64,000 nucleotides of DNA from Cycas panzhihuaensis. Lineage: Eukaryota; Plantae; Cycadophyta. Positions 25,030 through 38,264 of the stretch are shown here, piece after piece. Position numbers and translations under genes: made by a program. The notes below the pieces were generated by a model that saw only the letters and a program-made list of their open reading frames with translations, was not told the origin of the DNA and ran no database searches. Location of the stretch: positions 162,509,741 to 162,573,740 of the forward strand of contig CM041465.1 of assembly GCA_023213395.1 (NCBI GenBank), read 5' to 3'. How positions within the stretch are numbered: position 1 is the stretch's first letter; each line of letters opens with the position of its first letter.

Positions 25030-28000
25030 TGTTAACGTAGCAGTTGTTTGTTAAGCCACTAAGTTAATGTTAATGTGGTTTAACTAATGGTGATTAGCGA
25101 AAAGGTGTGAGATATTCAAAGGGTCACAACCCTTGTCAGGCGACACCTCTTGGAAGAATATAAAAGTCTTGAGCCCTTGTGTATTCAATGTATCAAATCA
25201 TTGTGAAGTCATCAATGTACATCTGTATTCTGTGTGTATCTCTTGTTTGCTTGTTGTGTATGGTTAAAGATTTTGAAGATGGGAACATACATATATGATT
25301 TTGTGTTCCCAAACATGGTATCAGAGCCGTAGGGTCCTACACAGCTTAGGTCGAAAGTTGGGCAGAGCGGTAAGATTGTTAGTTGCCAGGTAAAGCCATC
25401 AAACCCAAGAGAAATCTTGAGGGGGTTCATCAACTCTAACAATGTGCAAAAGCAGGCACAGCATATTAGTGGTGGTTGAAGCAGTGAAAATCACTAATCA
25501 ACAAAGAATAAGGGTCAGTTGCAGTCAATATTCAGATGTGTAGGCCACGAACGTGGAAAGAGGTGGCTTGTTGGGGGTCATCTAAAATTGGTTGGTGAAT
25601 AAACATATTGTTGGAGCCAGTAGAAGCGCGTGCTGATGGAGATCAAACAATATTGAGGACAACCAAGTTTGTATACACGTAAGTTAGTCATATCTCTCAA
25701 CAAAACACCATATGATTCAGTGAAATAAGCATATTTTTTTTCTACTATTTGCTATCAAACCTCTTCTTAGCACTTGTGGACATGATTGGAGCCTTGTACT
25801 GGTGTTTTTCTGTCTATATATGAGTGCTAGAATGTGTGTACAGCAGTAAAAGTTATTGTTTTTACTAAGGCAAGCTGTTTCATTGAAGTTTTTAGTGTAT
25901 TTGTGAGAGTTTGGAAACTTGTATGCATGATTTAAGCTTGGAACAGCCATATAAATGTTGGTTGGGCAGTTTCTGAGGTGGTTGGTTAGTGGATGGCCTA
26001 CTTTACCAGCTGTACGAGAGACCTTGGGTCCATTTAGTCGTCCACTCGTCCGTTTGTATGTGCACAGTCCGGGAGGCAGCCGCACGACCTCATATCATGC
26101 CGTGCGACTTTTCTCATATTATTTGATGAGTTTATACTAAGGATTAAACATAGTAACTTAATATAAATCTTTTGAGATTTTAAGCACGTGCTCTTAGTAA
26201 TAAGGTGCGGGATTTTATAAAAAGTTGCAACTCATAGAATATACCCTTTGGTATATTCTCCTCAATATAACTTTATAAAAGGCCCTTTTTACCATTGATA
26301 TCACATGATATTTTCATAGTGTGAAGATATATGGAGCATTCTTAAGTCATTTTGAGTGCAGATCAAAGACAATTTTTTGTGTTTTTGGCTTGGAGACCGT
26401 GCACTATTGTTGTGAGAAGGATTCCTCAGTCCTTAGAGTACACTTTAAGTGTTTTAAGGGTGGGTTTTAAAACTTTTAAGTACATTTAAGGGCATTTTGT
26501 GGCCATTTGTGAGGAGAGAACAGTTGATGAGTTGCCTAGAGCATGCATAATCAGTGTTTGGAGTATCCCTGAAGGGTGTGACTGAGCTCGAGGAGACCAC
26601 AATGGTGCACTTTCGTCCAGAAGGTCTATTAGACAATCGATTGGTGTCATTTGACTCATGTTAAAGCTTGTTTCTCGAGATGGAGCACATCATGTCAAAG
26701 GTTATCTTCAATGACAACAATTTTAGTGAGTGGAAAGCTAACTGGGAGCTTGTTTTGATGGTGAATCAACTCTGGGGTATCACTAAGGCGAAGGTGGATG
26801 CGATTCCATTGGATCATAAAGAGCAAGTCTGACTCGAAGAGAAGAAATTTATGGCTATGGGATTGTTGAAACTGTCACTAGCGCTGGACCAGAGAGCCTT
26901 GGTTCATAATCTTGAAGAACTAGACGAAATTTGGACAAAATTATGTGATGCTTTTGAGAAGAAGAAGATGAATAGACATCTTTCTCTGATGTTGGAGTTA
27001 CTCAATTCACGTGTGGAAGATAAGAACAACATCAGTTCCTACTTGAATAAGATTACAGACTTGAAGAATAAGCTAGAAGAACTGAAGCTGAATTCGATCG
27101 ATGATGTGTTGTTGTTTGCGATAATCATATTGAAGTTGCCTACAGTCTTTGCCACTTTTCAGACCATATACGGTAGAGATGAGGTGATGGAGGTAGAAAC
27201 TTTGGATGGTCTTAAAATCCTTATTTTAGCGAAGGATGCCAAGCTTATACATCATGAAATGCTTGGAGGTTCTCAATCAAGTCAGGCCTTAACCATGAAG
27301 ACTCAGAGGAAAGAGGCCGCTCAAGAGGAGAAGTTCACACAGAGGTCTAGAGAAAGTTCACGAGAAAAGAAGAAATTCAATAGAAAATGCAATTACTGCA
27401 AAAAGGATGGTCACAGGGAGAAGAACTATTAGTTCAAAAGACATGACAAGCACAAAGTAAACCAAGATGATAAAGGGAAAAGTGTTGTTGCTCACTACAT
27501 TCGAGCAAAAACCTTATCAGCCGAGTCTAATTGAAGAGACTATTGGATTCTTGACTTTGGAGCCCAGAAGCATATCTCTTACCAGAAGTGCAACTTTGAT
27601 ATGGTGAACGAAAATCATAGTGGTGCAGAAGTCGTCCTTGGTGATGCTCACATATTGCCAGTGGAAGGTATCGGCGAAGTATTCGTTGCAGGTGGTAAGT
27701 TTACCGGGGTATACTATGTACCTAAGATGCAATTGAACCTTCTCTTAGCTCGGGAGATCTGCAAACAAGGTATGAAGGTGGAGCTATACCATGATAAATG
27801 CCTGATTAAGGATCTAAAACAAAATTTCTCTGTCATTGCTACTAGAAAAGTTAGAGACAACTTTTAGGTGTTTAAAAATTTTCAATCTCAAAAGAAGTCT
27901 TATGCCTTTGTCACCAGTGATGATGATGTGAGTAAACTTTGGCATAATCGCCTAGGACACCTTAACTATATGAGCATCACACTGCTAAAGAGGTTGAAGA

Positions 28001-31000
28001 TGGTAGAAGGATTGCCATCAGTTTCCTACTTAGATGGTGTTTGTGAAGGGTGTATCTATGGCAAGCATCATCGCTACCCTTTTGCTTGGGATAATGCTTG
28101 GAGAGCCAAGGAGAAGCTGGAGCTTGTACATTCAAATATAATGGGACCACTCCCAAACCCTTCGATATCAAGAGCTCATTACACCCATGTATTTGTAAAT
28201 GATTACACCAGGAGGCCCTGGGTATACTTTCTCAAGAACAAGTCAAATGTGTTTGATCTCTTCCGTGACTGGAAATTGATGGTGGAAAACGAAAGTGATA
28301 AGAAGATTAAATCATTAAGAAGTGATAATGGCAAGGAATACGACAATCATGCGTTTAATTAGTTCTGTCATGATCACGGTATTAAGCGGGAATTTACGAT
28401 TCTATATACCCCACAACAAAATGGAGTTGTTGAAAGAAAGAACTATACCATGATGGAGATGGCGAGGTGTATGGTGCATGCTAAAAACCAGCCATTGATG
28501 TTTTGGTCAGAGGGTATGGTGACTGCTACTTATATTTTGAACCGAGTACCCAGTTAGGTAGTTCATAGCATGACCCCCAAAGTAAAATGCACCGATTGGA
28601 AGCTTGTCATTAGCCATTTGAGAACTTTTGGGTGTATTGGATACGCCCACATCCTAGATGATACTCGTAAGAAGGATCGAAAGAGTCTAAAGTGTATATT
28701 CATGGGGTATTGTGATCAGAATAAAGCTTACAGACTATGGGATCCACAAACAAAGAAGATTGTGGTTAGTCAGGATGTAAAATTTGATGAGCCATAGACA
28801 TATCATGTTGATAGATCATCAGAAGAGCATTTTTACCCCCCGCTATTCCCATTCTCAGATTCATCAAGCGAAGAGAACAATGAGCCAATCATTAGAATAC
28901 ATGAGGAAGTAGGACCAAGTGGGTCAAGTAATAGTGAGGAGCCGCCGCAAGAAGAAGCACCTCCAACAACGGTTCCTTCTATACCATTATGGGCAAGGAA
29001 GACTATTGAAGATTTTAGTGTGGCGATGCATACCCTTACTAATGAGAGAAGAATAAGAAGCCAGCATGCCAGTCGAACTCTGCTGGTAGACACCAACAAC
29101 TATAGTGATCCTGATTTGTTTGATGAAGCGAAAGGAGATCTATGTTAGAGAGCTATAATGGAGGAAGAGTATGGTTCGTTGATGAAGAGCAATACATGGG
29201 ATTTGGTTCCGCTCCCTCTGACGAAGAACCTTGTCGGATGCAAGTGGGTTTATAAGATAAAGTTTTGCTCCGATGGAGAGGTGGACAAGTACAATGCCAG
29301 ACTTGTCGCTTAGGGATTCAAACAAAAAGAATGAATTGGCTATGAGGAGATGTTTGCACCAGTCTCTAGAATGACGATGGTCTAATTGATCATTTCTTTA
29401 GCAACTGTTTACGGTTGGGAGTTACACTAGATGGATGTCAAGTCTGCATTTCTTAATGGAGATCTAAAGGAGGAGATATATATGTCACAGCCTCTAGGAT
29501 CCATTAAGGAAGGCAAGGAGCATCTTGTATATCAGTTAAAGAAATCAATCTATGGCCTGAAATAAGCACCCCATGCTTGGTATGAGAAGATGGATGCCAA
29601 GTTAAAAGCTGAAGGTTTCGAAATTTCTAAACTCAACTTGAATTTATATGTTAAAATGAAAGGGACTTCAATAGTTGCTTGTGTGGTTTATGTCGATGAT
29701 TTGATCATTGGAGGAAACTATGGCAAGACTATAAAAGAAGTCAAGTCTAATTTGGGAGCTACTTTTGACGTGACAGATCTCGGGAGACTTCACTATTTCT
29801 TGGGCATTCAGATCAGGTAGATGGACAATCGAATCGTGTTATTGCAGTTATAGTATGTGAAGAACCTACTAGAGAAGTTTGGGATGCAGAATTTCAAACT
29901 TGTTGCAGCATCATGTGTCAAGGGTGTAAGATTGCAAAAGGATATGGCCAAACCCTTTGTAGATGGAATGAAGTATCACCAGTTGGTAGGAAGTCTGATC
30001 TACTTGACTCATACCAGACCAGATATCGCCTATGATGTTGGATTGCTTTCTTGCTACATGCAAAATCCTCAAGAGCCTCGTTGGGTTGCAGTGAAGCAGA
30101 TTCTGAAATACTTAAAGGGGACAATCAATCTTGGTCTCAAATACTGTCGAGGATACGAGACAAAGTTGCATGGCTACACAGATGTTGATTGGGGAGGAGA
30201 TTCTGATGATCCAAAGTCCACAACTAGATACTTGTTTGGTGTTGGTAATGGGCTTGTTTCGTGGTAGTCAAAGTAGCAACAAACAATTGTGCTATCTTCT
30301 ACAGAGGCTAAATATCAAGGACTCAGTGCTAGTGCGAAGGAAGTGGTATGGTTGCAAGGTCTTTTGGAGTTTCTTGAAGTTTCCAATGGACATATGGTTA
30401 TCTTTGTTGATAATCAAAGTACCATTTGTCTATCAAAGAATCCAAAGTTTCATGCATGTACAAAGCATATTGAGATTCAACACCACTACATCCATGAACA
30501 GATCGAGTTAGGGAAGCTACGTGTCGACTACTGTCTGAGTGAATTTCAACTTGCAGATGTGTTCACCAAGCCACATTGAAGATCAATTAACAAAGATGTG
30601 TACCAGATTAGGACTCATCGATGTTATCCTTGAGGGGGGATGTATCAACAAGGATAAAGAAGCTACAAAATAGTCCTAGCCTTTGTGATAACACAACTGT
30701 TGCAGGTTGCAGGATCCTCACATTCACTTTAAGTGGGGATGTTAACTTGGAAGTTGTTTGTTAAGCCACTAAGTTAATGTTAATGTGGTTTAACTAATGG
30801 TGATTAGCAAAAATGTGCAAGATATTTGGAGGGTCACAACCCTTGTCAGGTGATGCCTCTTGGAAGAATGTAAAAGCCTTGAGCCCTTGTGTATTCAATG
30901 TATCAAATCATTGTGAAGTAATCAATATGATACAGAAGGGTCTTTTGTAGTGGGTTTTTTCCTGAAAGGATTTTCCACGTAAATTCAGGGTACTGTGCAT

Positions 31001-31093
31001 CTATATTCTGTGTGTATCTTTTGTTTGCTTGCTGTGTATGGCTAAAGATTCTACAAATGGGAACATACATGTATGATTTCATGTTCTCGAACA
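25030..31093 (+). mobile_element. Full-length decayed Ty1/Copia element (Copia C), nested in Copia B gag
   Basis: LTRs 25030-25315 and 30740-31093. Perfect PBS TGGTATCAGAGC at 25316-25327. PPT AAGTGGGGA. Decayed TSD AAAGT/GAAGC. Confidence 0.93.
26680..30610 (+). pseudogene. Copia C gag-pol with in-frame stops
   Basis: CNYCKKDGH knuckle, WILDFGA, LWHNRLGH...CEGC, LRSDNGKEY, YVDDLII, YLTHTRPDI and VDNQSTI..TKHIEI. Confidence 0.92.
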
Positions 31094-34000
31094 GAAGCAA
31101 AGATTGAGATTCAAGTTTTATACCTACGAAGCGTTTTGTATTCTTGTAAGATGACAATTGAAGACTCTATCTCCTCACACATGCAAAAATTGAAGGAGAT
31201 TAGAGACTAGTTTATCGCAATAGGTGAGATTGTAGCAGATAAGGAACTAGTTAGCACCACCTTGAATAGATTGCATGAAGGCTAGCATTGATGAACTTTT
31301 TGGGCTACTCTTACATGAGGAGCAAAGGATGGGTAATTACCCAGGTAGCAATAGTTCTATGGTATTAGAAACTCCATCTGAAAAGAAAGGCTATAAGAAT
31401 CGTCCTAAGAATGTCTCACAACCTCCTCACAACAAAATCACTAATAAGCCTAAAAATGACATATCTAGTAATTACTACAATAAGAAGGATCATCCTGAAA
31501 AAACCTATTGGAAGAAGAAGAAAGACAAGAAGACAACATTTGCATCTGCAACAACATCTACACCCATTTTGATAGCAAATAATGAACCTTAATGTGTTGG
31601 TTCTTCATGCATCTGCATTAGATTTTTGGTACTTGGATTATGGAGCATCAAAGCATACCACCCTTTACAAAGAGTGGTTTAGCAAGATAAATGAAGGCTT
31701 CTCTTCTTTCATTGTTCTTGCTAACAACAATCATCATAAGGTCTTTGGTCAAGGTACTATAACCTTTAATCAACTTAACAGTGGGTTGTTTAAAGTCTCT
31801 TATGTTTACTATGCACCCTCTTCCAAACATAACTTGCTTTCTTTTAGTCACATAACTAAACAACAATTGGAAGTTGCTTTTAATGCAACTGAGTGTCATA
31901 TCAATAAAAAAGATGTTATTTTAGCTCAAGGTTTTCAAAAGAATTGACTCTATAAATTCTATGGAACCCCTTAGCATGCTTTTATTACATATGACTCTTC
32001 TGACACTCTATGGCATGATTGCTATGGTCATTTGAACTACAATAGTCTTCAGTTGTTGAGCAAGTTGCAGATGGTACATGACCTTCCCTTCATTGAAAAG
32101 AGCAGCAAAATATGTGACATTTGTGTTCTAGGGAAGCAATAGAGAGATCTGTTTATCAATTCCACATGGCAAGCTAAGGACAAACTTGAATTAGTTCAGT
32201 CTGACTTGTGTGGACCCATTTCACCTACTTCAGTCGGAGGTGCCAATTATTTTGTGACCTTCATCGATGATCTCATTAGGAAATGTTGGATCTATCTCCT
32301 TAAGAATAAATCAGATGCTTTTGATAGGTTTAAAGAATTCAAAGTTGAAGTTGAGACCTCTTTTGGAATGAAAATTAAGATTCTGAGGAGTGACAGTGGA
32401 GGCGAGTACTTATCAAACGACTTCATCAACTTCTACAAAAGCCATGGTATTCAATGTCAACTTACTATAACTTACTATAGCATACATTCCACAATAGGAC
32501 GGCATACTCGAAAGGAAAACTTGCATAACTGTGGAGATAATACTTGCTTAAGGAAAAAGGTGTCTTGAAAGGCTTGTAGGGTGAAGATGCTACAACAGTG
32601 TTTTGCTTGTTAAACAAGAGTCCAAGTAAAACAGTGTAGAATGTGACTATTGAGGAAGCCTAGACTAGCAAAAACCCCTCAGTTTGCAATGTTCATGTTT
32701 TTGGTTATATTTCTTATGTCCACGTGCCTAATGCAAAGAGCCAAAAACTAGATTACAAAAGTTAGAAATGCAATCTTGTTGGGTACTGTGAGTCATCCAA
32801 AGCATATAGGGTTTGGAACCTTGCACAGAGAAATATTGTAATTAGTAGGGATGTATTGTTTAATGAGATCATTGTGTCTAGTGCAAATAATAAAGGCAAA
32901 AAAAGATGAAATAGATGTAAAGAATGAAGAGGATAAGGACAATGATGAGCCTTCTACTTCCTCTTCTCCTTTTGTGAAGAAAGTTCCCAAATGGTATTAC
33001 CAAACCATTAAGGACTCCAAGGTTGATAACATCAACCTTGATGGAGGTGCTCAGACAAGGAGCAAGAGCAAAGTCAATTATGTCTTGATGTCTAACATAT
33101 TGAGCATTGATGAGCCATAGTCATTCAATGAAGACAAAGTTTCGACTCAATGGCAATTAGCCATGGAGGATGAGTCTAACTCTATTCTTAAGAATGACAC
33201 ATGGGATTTTGTTGGACTTCCTTAAGACAGAAGAGCCATTGGTTGCAAATGGATATATAAAGTCAAGTATAGATTAAATGGTGTAGTTGACAGATACAAA
33301 GCTCGACTTGTGGCCAAGGGCTATGTACAAAGAGCAGGTGTGGACTTTAAGGAGACCTTTGTACCAGTGGCAAAGATTACTACCATTTAAATGTTAATCA
33401 GTATTGCATCTCAATTTGGCTAGACCCTCCACCAAATGGATGTAAAGAGTGCTTTTCTCCATGCCATTCTTGATGAGGATGTCTATATGGAGCATCCTAA
33501 AGGCTTTGTGAAAGTTAAGCAACAACATCTTGTTTGTAGACTAACAAAAGCTCTTTATGGGTTTAAACAGGCACCAAGGGCATGGTACTCACGCATTGAT
33601 CAATACTATTTTCACTTGGATCCACCAGATGTGAATCTGATCACAGTTTATATGTGAGACACTTGGATGATGAGAATCTCATTATTGCACTTTATATTGA
33701 TGATCTCTTTATTACTGGCAGTGACACTCTTTAGATTGACTTTCTCAAAAAGCAATTGTGCAATGCTTTTGAGATGTTGGATCTCGGCCCTCTACATTAT
33801 TACCTTGGTTTGGAGTTTTGGCAAAAGGGTGATAGCATTTTTGTATCACAGCCCAAATATGCTCATAATTTGTTGAGACGATTCCATATGGAATATTGTA
33901 AGCCAATGGCTACTCTAATGGAAGTTGGTCTCAAATTGACTAAGGAGTTTGTTGGTGAATCTATCGATGCTATATTGTACAAGAAGTTAGTGGGTAGTTT

Positions 34001-36780
34001 GATCTCTTTCACTAACACTCAACCTGACATTAGTTATGTTGTTGGTATTGCATCATGCTTCATGAGTGCTCCATCCACTCTTCATTGGTAGGAAGCAAAG
34101 CGAATCTTGAGATATATTAAATACACTATTAGATATGGACTCATGTTTGCTAGATTTGATGAGCTTAAACTACAAGACTTCACTGGCTTAGATTGGGCAA
34201 GGGATCGGGACAAGAGGAAATCTACATCAAGATATGTTTTCACATTTGGTTTTGGTGTGATCTCTTGGTGTACCAAAAAACAAGCTATAGTATCCTTGTC
34301 TTCCACAAAGGTCAAGTACAAGGCAACAATTGTAGCCACTTATGAGGCCATTTGGTTCAGAAGACTTCTTAGTCACTTTGGACTTCTATAAGATGATCCT
34401 ACACCACTATTCTGTGATTATTTGAGTGCAGTTCAACTTTTGAAGAATCCAATGTTCCACTCTAGAACAAAGCATGTGGAAGTTCACCATCATTTCATTT
34501 GGAAACAGGTGCAGGGCAGAGTAGTTGAGTTGTTATATTGTCTTACTGAGGATCAAATTGCTGATATTCTCACTAAGGCCTTAAGTCATGAAAATTTTGA
34601 GAGCCTTAACTTTTATTTGTGAGAGATAATGATTTAACATTATTAGGGGCTGTTAGAAATAATATTAATTCATTGTATCATTATTGATGACATTTCTTTT
34701 GGACTTGGCATTACATTTTGTAACTCCTAAATCCATTGTAATGCTCACCTTCTATTGTTAGCCTTTGACTTTTTCTCTCACATGTGTGAGTTTGTGTAAT
34801 ACCTCATGGAGTTTCCTATTTGTATTCATTGCCTCCACTTATGCATTAGTGAAGTTGATTGAGTGTGAACTATGAAATAATGTAAGTTTATTATCTTGTC
34901 ATTCTTTGTGCTTGTGAGCTTGTATTATTCATTTTCTATAGGCCATTTTCTCTCAATTTCTCATTCTAACACACCCAAGATCATTGAGGCCTTAAAATGC
35001 CTTTTCCCAAGTGTTTTAAAAGTCAATTTTTGTATTATAACATCCCTTCCCCTTGCTTGGCGATCATTGTCCTCAATGGGGTCTATTTGTTTAACAAATG
35101 TTGTTGGCTCTTACATGTCCTCCTTTATGTGTCTATTCTACTGCTTAATCAAATATTTGTGTATATCTTTGCCTTAAAACTTTCTAGACCTAGTATTTAA
35201 TATCCAAGCTAGATCATGTGATATCTATTCAATATCTTGATTACCAAGATGACTTGGCATGTCATTGTCAAACCTATATGATGCATTCTTCAAGAAGCTA
35301 AGATGAAATACATGATTCATTTTTATATGTGAGAAAGTTGCAACCTACATGTAATCTTATTAATCTACTTGACTATTTAAAAAGGTCCGCAGTACCTAAG
35401 TGACAATTTGGTTAAGATAAGCATGGTCTCCTACTTCAAATGATCGTGGAGTTCTATTTTGACCTACATACAACTTTGCCCTAGCTTGGGCATTGTCCAT
35501 GTTCTTCTTACATTCCTTAAATTCTTTGTACATTTCCTCTGACATCTCCATATACATTTGACTTTCAAAACTTCCAAGGTTCACTTTCAAAGGGACAAGT
35601 GGATCATATCAATACACATAATTTCGAAGGGAGTTATACTTGTTGAGCTCTTGGTATTATTATAGGAGAATTCTATATATGGAAGGCAATCTTCTCACAT
35701 AGTTTGCTCTGTGGCTACATGTGACCTTAGCATATGCTCCATGATTTGAATTACTCTCTTAGTTTCTCCATTTGTTTGTAGGTGGTCCCCACTACTGAAA
35801 TTAAGTTTGGTTCCAAAAGCCTTAAAACATCCTCCCCAAAGTTGTTCAGTGAACTTGGGAATTTTATCACTCACAAGCTTAGGCAATCCAAAATTTAAAA
35901 AATATCTTAACAATCTAGATTTTTGCAATGTTTATTCTTTTGTGGGTCATGCAACAAGGGATCAGCTTAGCTATCTTAATGAGCTTATCCACCACCACTA
36001 ACATTTGGTATGTTATTTTTGTGTCTTTAGATGAGCAACAAAATCCATTGATATGATTTGTCATTCACCATTAAGCATTGGTAGTTATTTTCTAGCTTTG
36101 TTCACTTGGCATTGTTTACAAATATTCACATAGTCTACAATCTCTTTATTCACATTTTTCTGATTAACATATCTATTTGTTGCTTGGTATGTTTTACCTC
36201 TACTAATATGGCTAGCAAATGGACTATCATGAAGCTCAAATAGAATTTTGTATTTTAACTCTACCACATAGAACCACTATCTTCCTTCCAAAGAATGTCA
36301 TTTATCAAGTTAAAGCGTCCATGGAAATTATCCCCTTTCTCTAAATAGTTCCTTTTGCCTTGACACCATGTGCCTTTCTTGAGTACCTCTTTAATCTCAT
36401 CCTAAGGGATTTTTGAAGCACTACTACATTATTTGCTTGGGACATTTTTGAGAGGGCATCTAATGTTACATTTTACTTCCCTTCTTGATAACTGAGTTTG
36501 GGTCTATATAGTTTTTAAATAGCAAAGGCCTCTTACATTCTCTTCAAGCTTGGCTACTAGAGGGAAACTAAACAAGGGCTTATGATCTTTAACAACTTTG
36601 AATTCATTCCCTTTTAAATAGTGTTTCCAAATCTTAACTATATGCATAGTAGCTAACAACTCTTGATTAAAGACTCTTTCATAAGCTATCACTTCTTCAT
36701 TCTACATTAGAACCTCTCCAATGGCAAACCCACTAGCATATGTGTACAACTTGAAAGCAAGGTTGTTGACTTTGTAGGTT

Positions 36781-37380
36781 CAGGGGTTCATGGATTCTCA
36801 AAAATAAAGCTTGGGATTTGAATTTGGCAGTTATTTATATATTTTAAAGTCATTTTGTTGGGAGGGGGTTGGGGAGGGGGTGGTAAAGAGAGACCAAAAG
36901 AAGAAGAAGATCAAATTAGTTAATAAAAAATTAAAATTATCAAACACATGCAAATTGAACAATTGTGCAAATAGGAAGCAATAAAAATGAACTAATTATT
37001 GCATTATTATTACAATTGCCAAATAGTTGCAAAAACGACCAATGCCAATACCACAAACTAATAAACAATAAATTGAAACCAAAGGTAATACAAACTTATA
37101 AATAGAGTATCATACCTCCTCAAGACTTCAGTCCAAGGTCTTGCTTAAGCTTCTTATCATAGTCAACAAGTGCAAGCCCCCTCTCATCCACATCAAATGG
37201 CGATAATTTTGAAATGTCATTTGCCCTATAATCCTCCATGCAATATTCTTTAAGAGAAATGTCTCATTCTATAGAAAGTCCTTCATGCTAACCTTTGTCA
37301 TTTCAAGACAATAATCGAAGAGTTCTATGGATGTGAACTAATTTTTTTACCTTCTTTGATTCCAACTTATTGCATTTCAT
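36781..37380 (-). mobile_element. hAT transposon 3' end (dimerisation-domain relic and terminus)
   Basis: Minus strand reads MKCNKLESKKVKKLVHIHRTLRLL (hAT KRNRL..KLVYVH.NLRLL type). CAGGGGTTCA terminus at 36781 interrupts the chromovirus RNase H. Confidence 0.68.
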
Positions 37381-37583
37381 TGTCACTATGGAGGGCCGAC
37401 TTATAACCAAGTTAACCACAAGGGCTCAACCCCTAAATATATGTATAGCCTTCAAGGGGAAGGGGATTTGGGCATGACATCGGTTGGTAGGTCAACATTA
37501 GTTTTAAATATGTTGTGGCCTAGGTCACAAGAGCACAAAACACTTTTGTTGATAGGTTGACATCCAAGCAGTGACAGTTCAAT

Positions 37584-38260
37584 TGTTACAACCCATAGGA
37601 ATGAACAATAAAAAGGTTTTATGCTACTGAAATTTTCTACTAATTAAAATCCAAACTTTCACAAAATGTAATTGCCAAATCGACAAGTTCACAAATAATA
37701 ACAATCCTCCATTCAGTATTCCATAATACATAACAAATGTATATTTTCGAAAGAGAAGATACTAAAGTAGAAGACAATGTAATAGAATCTTGATGAGAAT
37801 ATCTAAGAGTGAATAAGTAGGAATCCAACACCAAAAAGAGTTAAGCAAAACCACCTTTAAGGGTGGGAATGAGATTTCTTCCACCACAAACCACCCCACG
37901 TCCAAACCATAGTCGAAGGTTAGCTCATCATGCTAACCATCTCATCTTGTTATCATCAATTTCTTAAGTGGATCTATTGGACTTACTAGTGCCAACTAAC
38001 AATGTTACACATAATAGCTTTCACAAATTGGCTACATGCAGTAGCTTTCACAAATTGGCTATATACAGTAGCCTTGCCACACAAAAGCTTTCGTAGATGG
38101 GCTACAAGTAGTAGAGTCCTCTAGGTGGAATCCTTTGGTTTACTTTGGGGTAGCTCTCCTTACAAGCTTATCAATGGAAGCAAGAATCAAAGAACTCATG
38201 CTTAACCATTGCCAAAATAGAGTCACTGGAAAGTGGAGAAAGGGATTCTTAGATACTTGA
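37584..38260 (-). repeat. Partial LTR of family X (copy 1)
   Basis: Co-linear with 54963-55600 and inverted relative to 43650-44390. Shared blocks include GTGGAATCCTTTG and CCACCACAAACCACC. Confidence 0.7.
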
Positions 38261-38264
38261 AGGG

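Larger units (their letters stand above)
24698..34622 (+). pseudogene. Copia B gag-pol, split by Copia C and frame-disrupted
   Basis: KLNGKFYIIWK gag start, WYLDYGASKH protease, YFVTFIDD / LRSDSGGEY integrase, MDVKSAFL and LYGFKQAPRAWY RT, NPMFHSRTKH RNase H. Confidence 0.88.
23312..34971 (+). mobile_element. Full-length decayed Ty1/Copia element (Copia B), hosting Copia C
   Basis: LTRs 23312-23630 and 34651-34971. PBS TGGTATTAGAGC at 23631. TSD CACCG/CACCC. gag 24698-25029 resumes at 31094. IN, RT and RH motifs continue to 34622. Confidence 0.93.
22980..36780 (-). mobile_element. Chromovirus (Ty3/Gypsy) 3' remnant: RNase H, integrase, chromodomain, PPT and 3' LTR; LTR interrupted by Copia B
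   Basis: Minus-strand WKHYLKG..F.V..DHKPL, ELHDSPFASH...CKQCQ, FSSGDHLQTNGET and chromodomain relic YLIKQ*...EDM*EP (~35110-35160). PPT GGGGAAGGGA then TG at 35042. The LTR end at 22980 is tentative. Confidence 0.78.

Noticed and set aside
18192-37380. The two hAT pieces as ends of a single element
   Set aside because: Both are on the minus strand, but the 3' piece lies to the right of the 5' piece, which is the wrong order. Their termini also face away from each other.
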